From Promethearchaeia archaeon (GTDB taxonomy: Archaea > Asgardarchaeota > Lokiarchaeia > Sigyniarchaeales > SOKP01), in NCBI GenBank assembly GCA_046497275.1, contig JAWOFX010000123.1, forward strand, positions 1 through 6,104: a stretch of 6,104 bases of DNA. The letters run 5' to 3'. The notes beneath the pieces were generated by a model, which saw nothing but the letters and a program-made list of their open reading frames with translations, was not told where the DNA came from and did not search any database. Each line of letters opens with the position of its first letter. The first letter of the stretch is position 1. Both the position numbers and the translations under genes were made by a program. Positions 4,622 through 6,104 of the stretch are shown here, in pieces.

Positions 4622-4959
4622 ATATCTCCTCGTTTAGATGAATAAAGGTTTAAGAATAATGAAAATAATGAGATTTATATGGTTTAATTTTGAAAAAATA
4701 AGAGGAAAAGGTTAACGAATTTTTTTAAAGGATTTCAATAATTAAAATCACACAAATTAGCATTTAATCGAAATAATTTGTGATATGCTGTTATATAGGA
4801 GAGATCATGAAACTCAACTTTCACGAAGATTGTTCGCATAAATTGAACTCTTTAAAAGCATTATTAATGAATTCAAATCTATTAAAGATAATAGATGTAA
4901 TTTTAAAGTTAAAACAATTCATACACAAAAAAATATAAAAATTTTAATTTGAAAAAAAT

Positions 4960-6104
4960 ATGGCATCAACTACAAAAAAACTTTCAGAAACAGAATACGT
5001 ACCTCTTAAAGAGAAATTGACTTATGCATTTGCTACAATGCCAGGAGTTTTTTATGGTTCTGTTATGGGATTAATTCAATCTTTTTATTATGCATGGATG
5101 GGGCTCCAAAATAGCTGGATTATTATCGCACAAATTGTATACGCAATATGGAACGTCGTAAACGATCCTCTCTTTGGTAATAAGATTAATAATACGAAAT
5201 TCTACAATAAACGCCGTGGAGAATATCAGCGATATATACCATATATTAAATATGGAGCTCCAATTTTCAGTTTGGCATTTGCCTTGGTCTTTTTTCCACC
5301 AGGTATATTGAAGGATAATCTAACCTTAACAGCTCAAATATGGTTATTTGTGTGGTATTTAGTAACACAAGTAGCGTATGATACTTTATTCACTATTGTA
5401 CTCTGCGCGTATGTAGCATTATTACCCCAAATGACCCTAGATCAAAAGGAAAGAGAAAAAATTCAGATTCTATGTACACTTTTTACTTTACCTGGAGCAC
5501 TTATAGGGTTTATCTTGCCTTTAGTGTTTCTCGCTAATCCTACACAAGAATCCATCACAATCTTTCAGTTTCTGGTAATTGGAATAGCAATTTTCGGGAT
5601 AATTCCGTATATCCTATTATCATATACCGTACGTGAGCATTCTGAACACATTCCACAAGAGCCCACTCCTTTAATTAAGGGTCTTAAGCTGGCTTTTAAA
5701 AATAAATCATATGTGATTTATCTAATATATGATGGGGTAAGTGTATATATACTTAATGTTGTTATATCGACACTTCCCTTCTTTCTAACATGGGTTCTAG
5801 CCCCTATGATTTCTTCACCTTTAGAAATGATTTTTTTTTGGATACCTCCAATAATATGCCTACTAATTGGTGCTTTTATACAATTAAGAATTGCGGACAG
5901 GCATTCAATAAAAAAAGCGTTAAGTTTTAATCAAGGAGTCTTAGCTTTGGGATTTATACTTAGTTTTACTCTTGCTTTTACGGGTCTATGGTATTTATTA
6001 TGCATTGGATTTTCAATAGTGTTTCTTGCGTTTGCTGGAGACTTCATTCTCCACAATCCGATGCGAGCTGATACAATTGATTATGACTTTTGGAAGATAT
6101 CAGG
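4960..6104 (+). CDS. GPH / MelB-like (MFS_2) glycoside-pentoside-hexuronide:cation symporter family transporter (3' end truncated by the window)
   Basis: Not in the ORF track. An open frame of 381 codons runs from ATG 4960 to the edge: MASTTKKLSETEYVPLKEKLTYAFATMPG... It has GPH hallmarks WNVVNDPLFG (TM2), YVALLPQMT.D..ER and ADTIDYD (TM10-11 region), plus many TM segments. A TATA-like AATATAAA at 4932-4939 suggests a leaderless start. Confidence 0.92.
   Translation, partial: MASTTKKLSETEYVPLKEKLTYAFATMPGVFYGSVMGLIQSFYYAWMGLQNSWIIIAQIVYAIWNVVNDPLFGNKINNTKFYNKRRGEYQRYIPYIKYGAPIFSLAFALVFFPPGILKDNLTLTAQIWLFVWYLVTQVAYDTLFTIVLCAYVALLPQMTLDQKEREKIQILCTLFTLPGALIGFILPLVFLANPTQESITIFQFLVIGIAIFGIIPYILLSYTVREHSEHIPQEPTPLIKGLKLAFKNKSYVIYLIYDGVSVYILNVVISTLPFFLTWVLAPMISSPLEMIFFWIPPIICLLIGAFIQLRIADRHSIKKALSFNQGVLALGFILSFTLAFTGLWYLLCIGFSIVFLAFAGDFILHNPMRADTIDYDFWKIS

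Noticed and set aside
4751-4782. Inverted repeat CACAAATT-N16-AATTTGTG
   Set aside because: The arms are short and AT-rich, the spacer is long, and there is no second copy or clear promoter context.

Overview
This is an AT-rich archaeal window. The tRNA introns, BRE/TATA promoters and the expanded SCP2 and GPH/MFS families point to an Asgard (Lokiarchaeia-like) host; that assignment is an inference. It encodes three SCP2-fold lipid-carrier paralogs: a tandem acidic pair on the - strand (1-236, cut by the window edge and missed by the ORF track, and 831-1259) and a divergent copy with a polybasic tail on the + strand (3950-4420). It also encodes a 5-TM hypothetical membrane protein, a DHA1-like MFS transporter, and a GPH/MelB-family transporter that runs off the right edge (4960->6104, also missed by the track). 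Two tRNA genes are present, and both have introns at non-canonical positions. tRNA-Asp(GUC) has a 32-nt D-loop intron (20b/21, relaxed bulge-helix-bulge (BHB)/bulge-helix-loop (BHL) motif). tRNA-Arg(UCG) has a 20-nt intron that BHB geometry and anticodon-stem pairing both place at 39/40, not the canonical 37/38. Operator-like palindromes and repeats surround the SCP2 pair. No mobile element or CRISPR array is evident.
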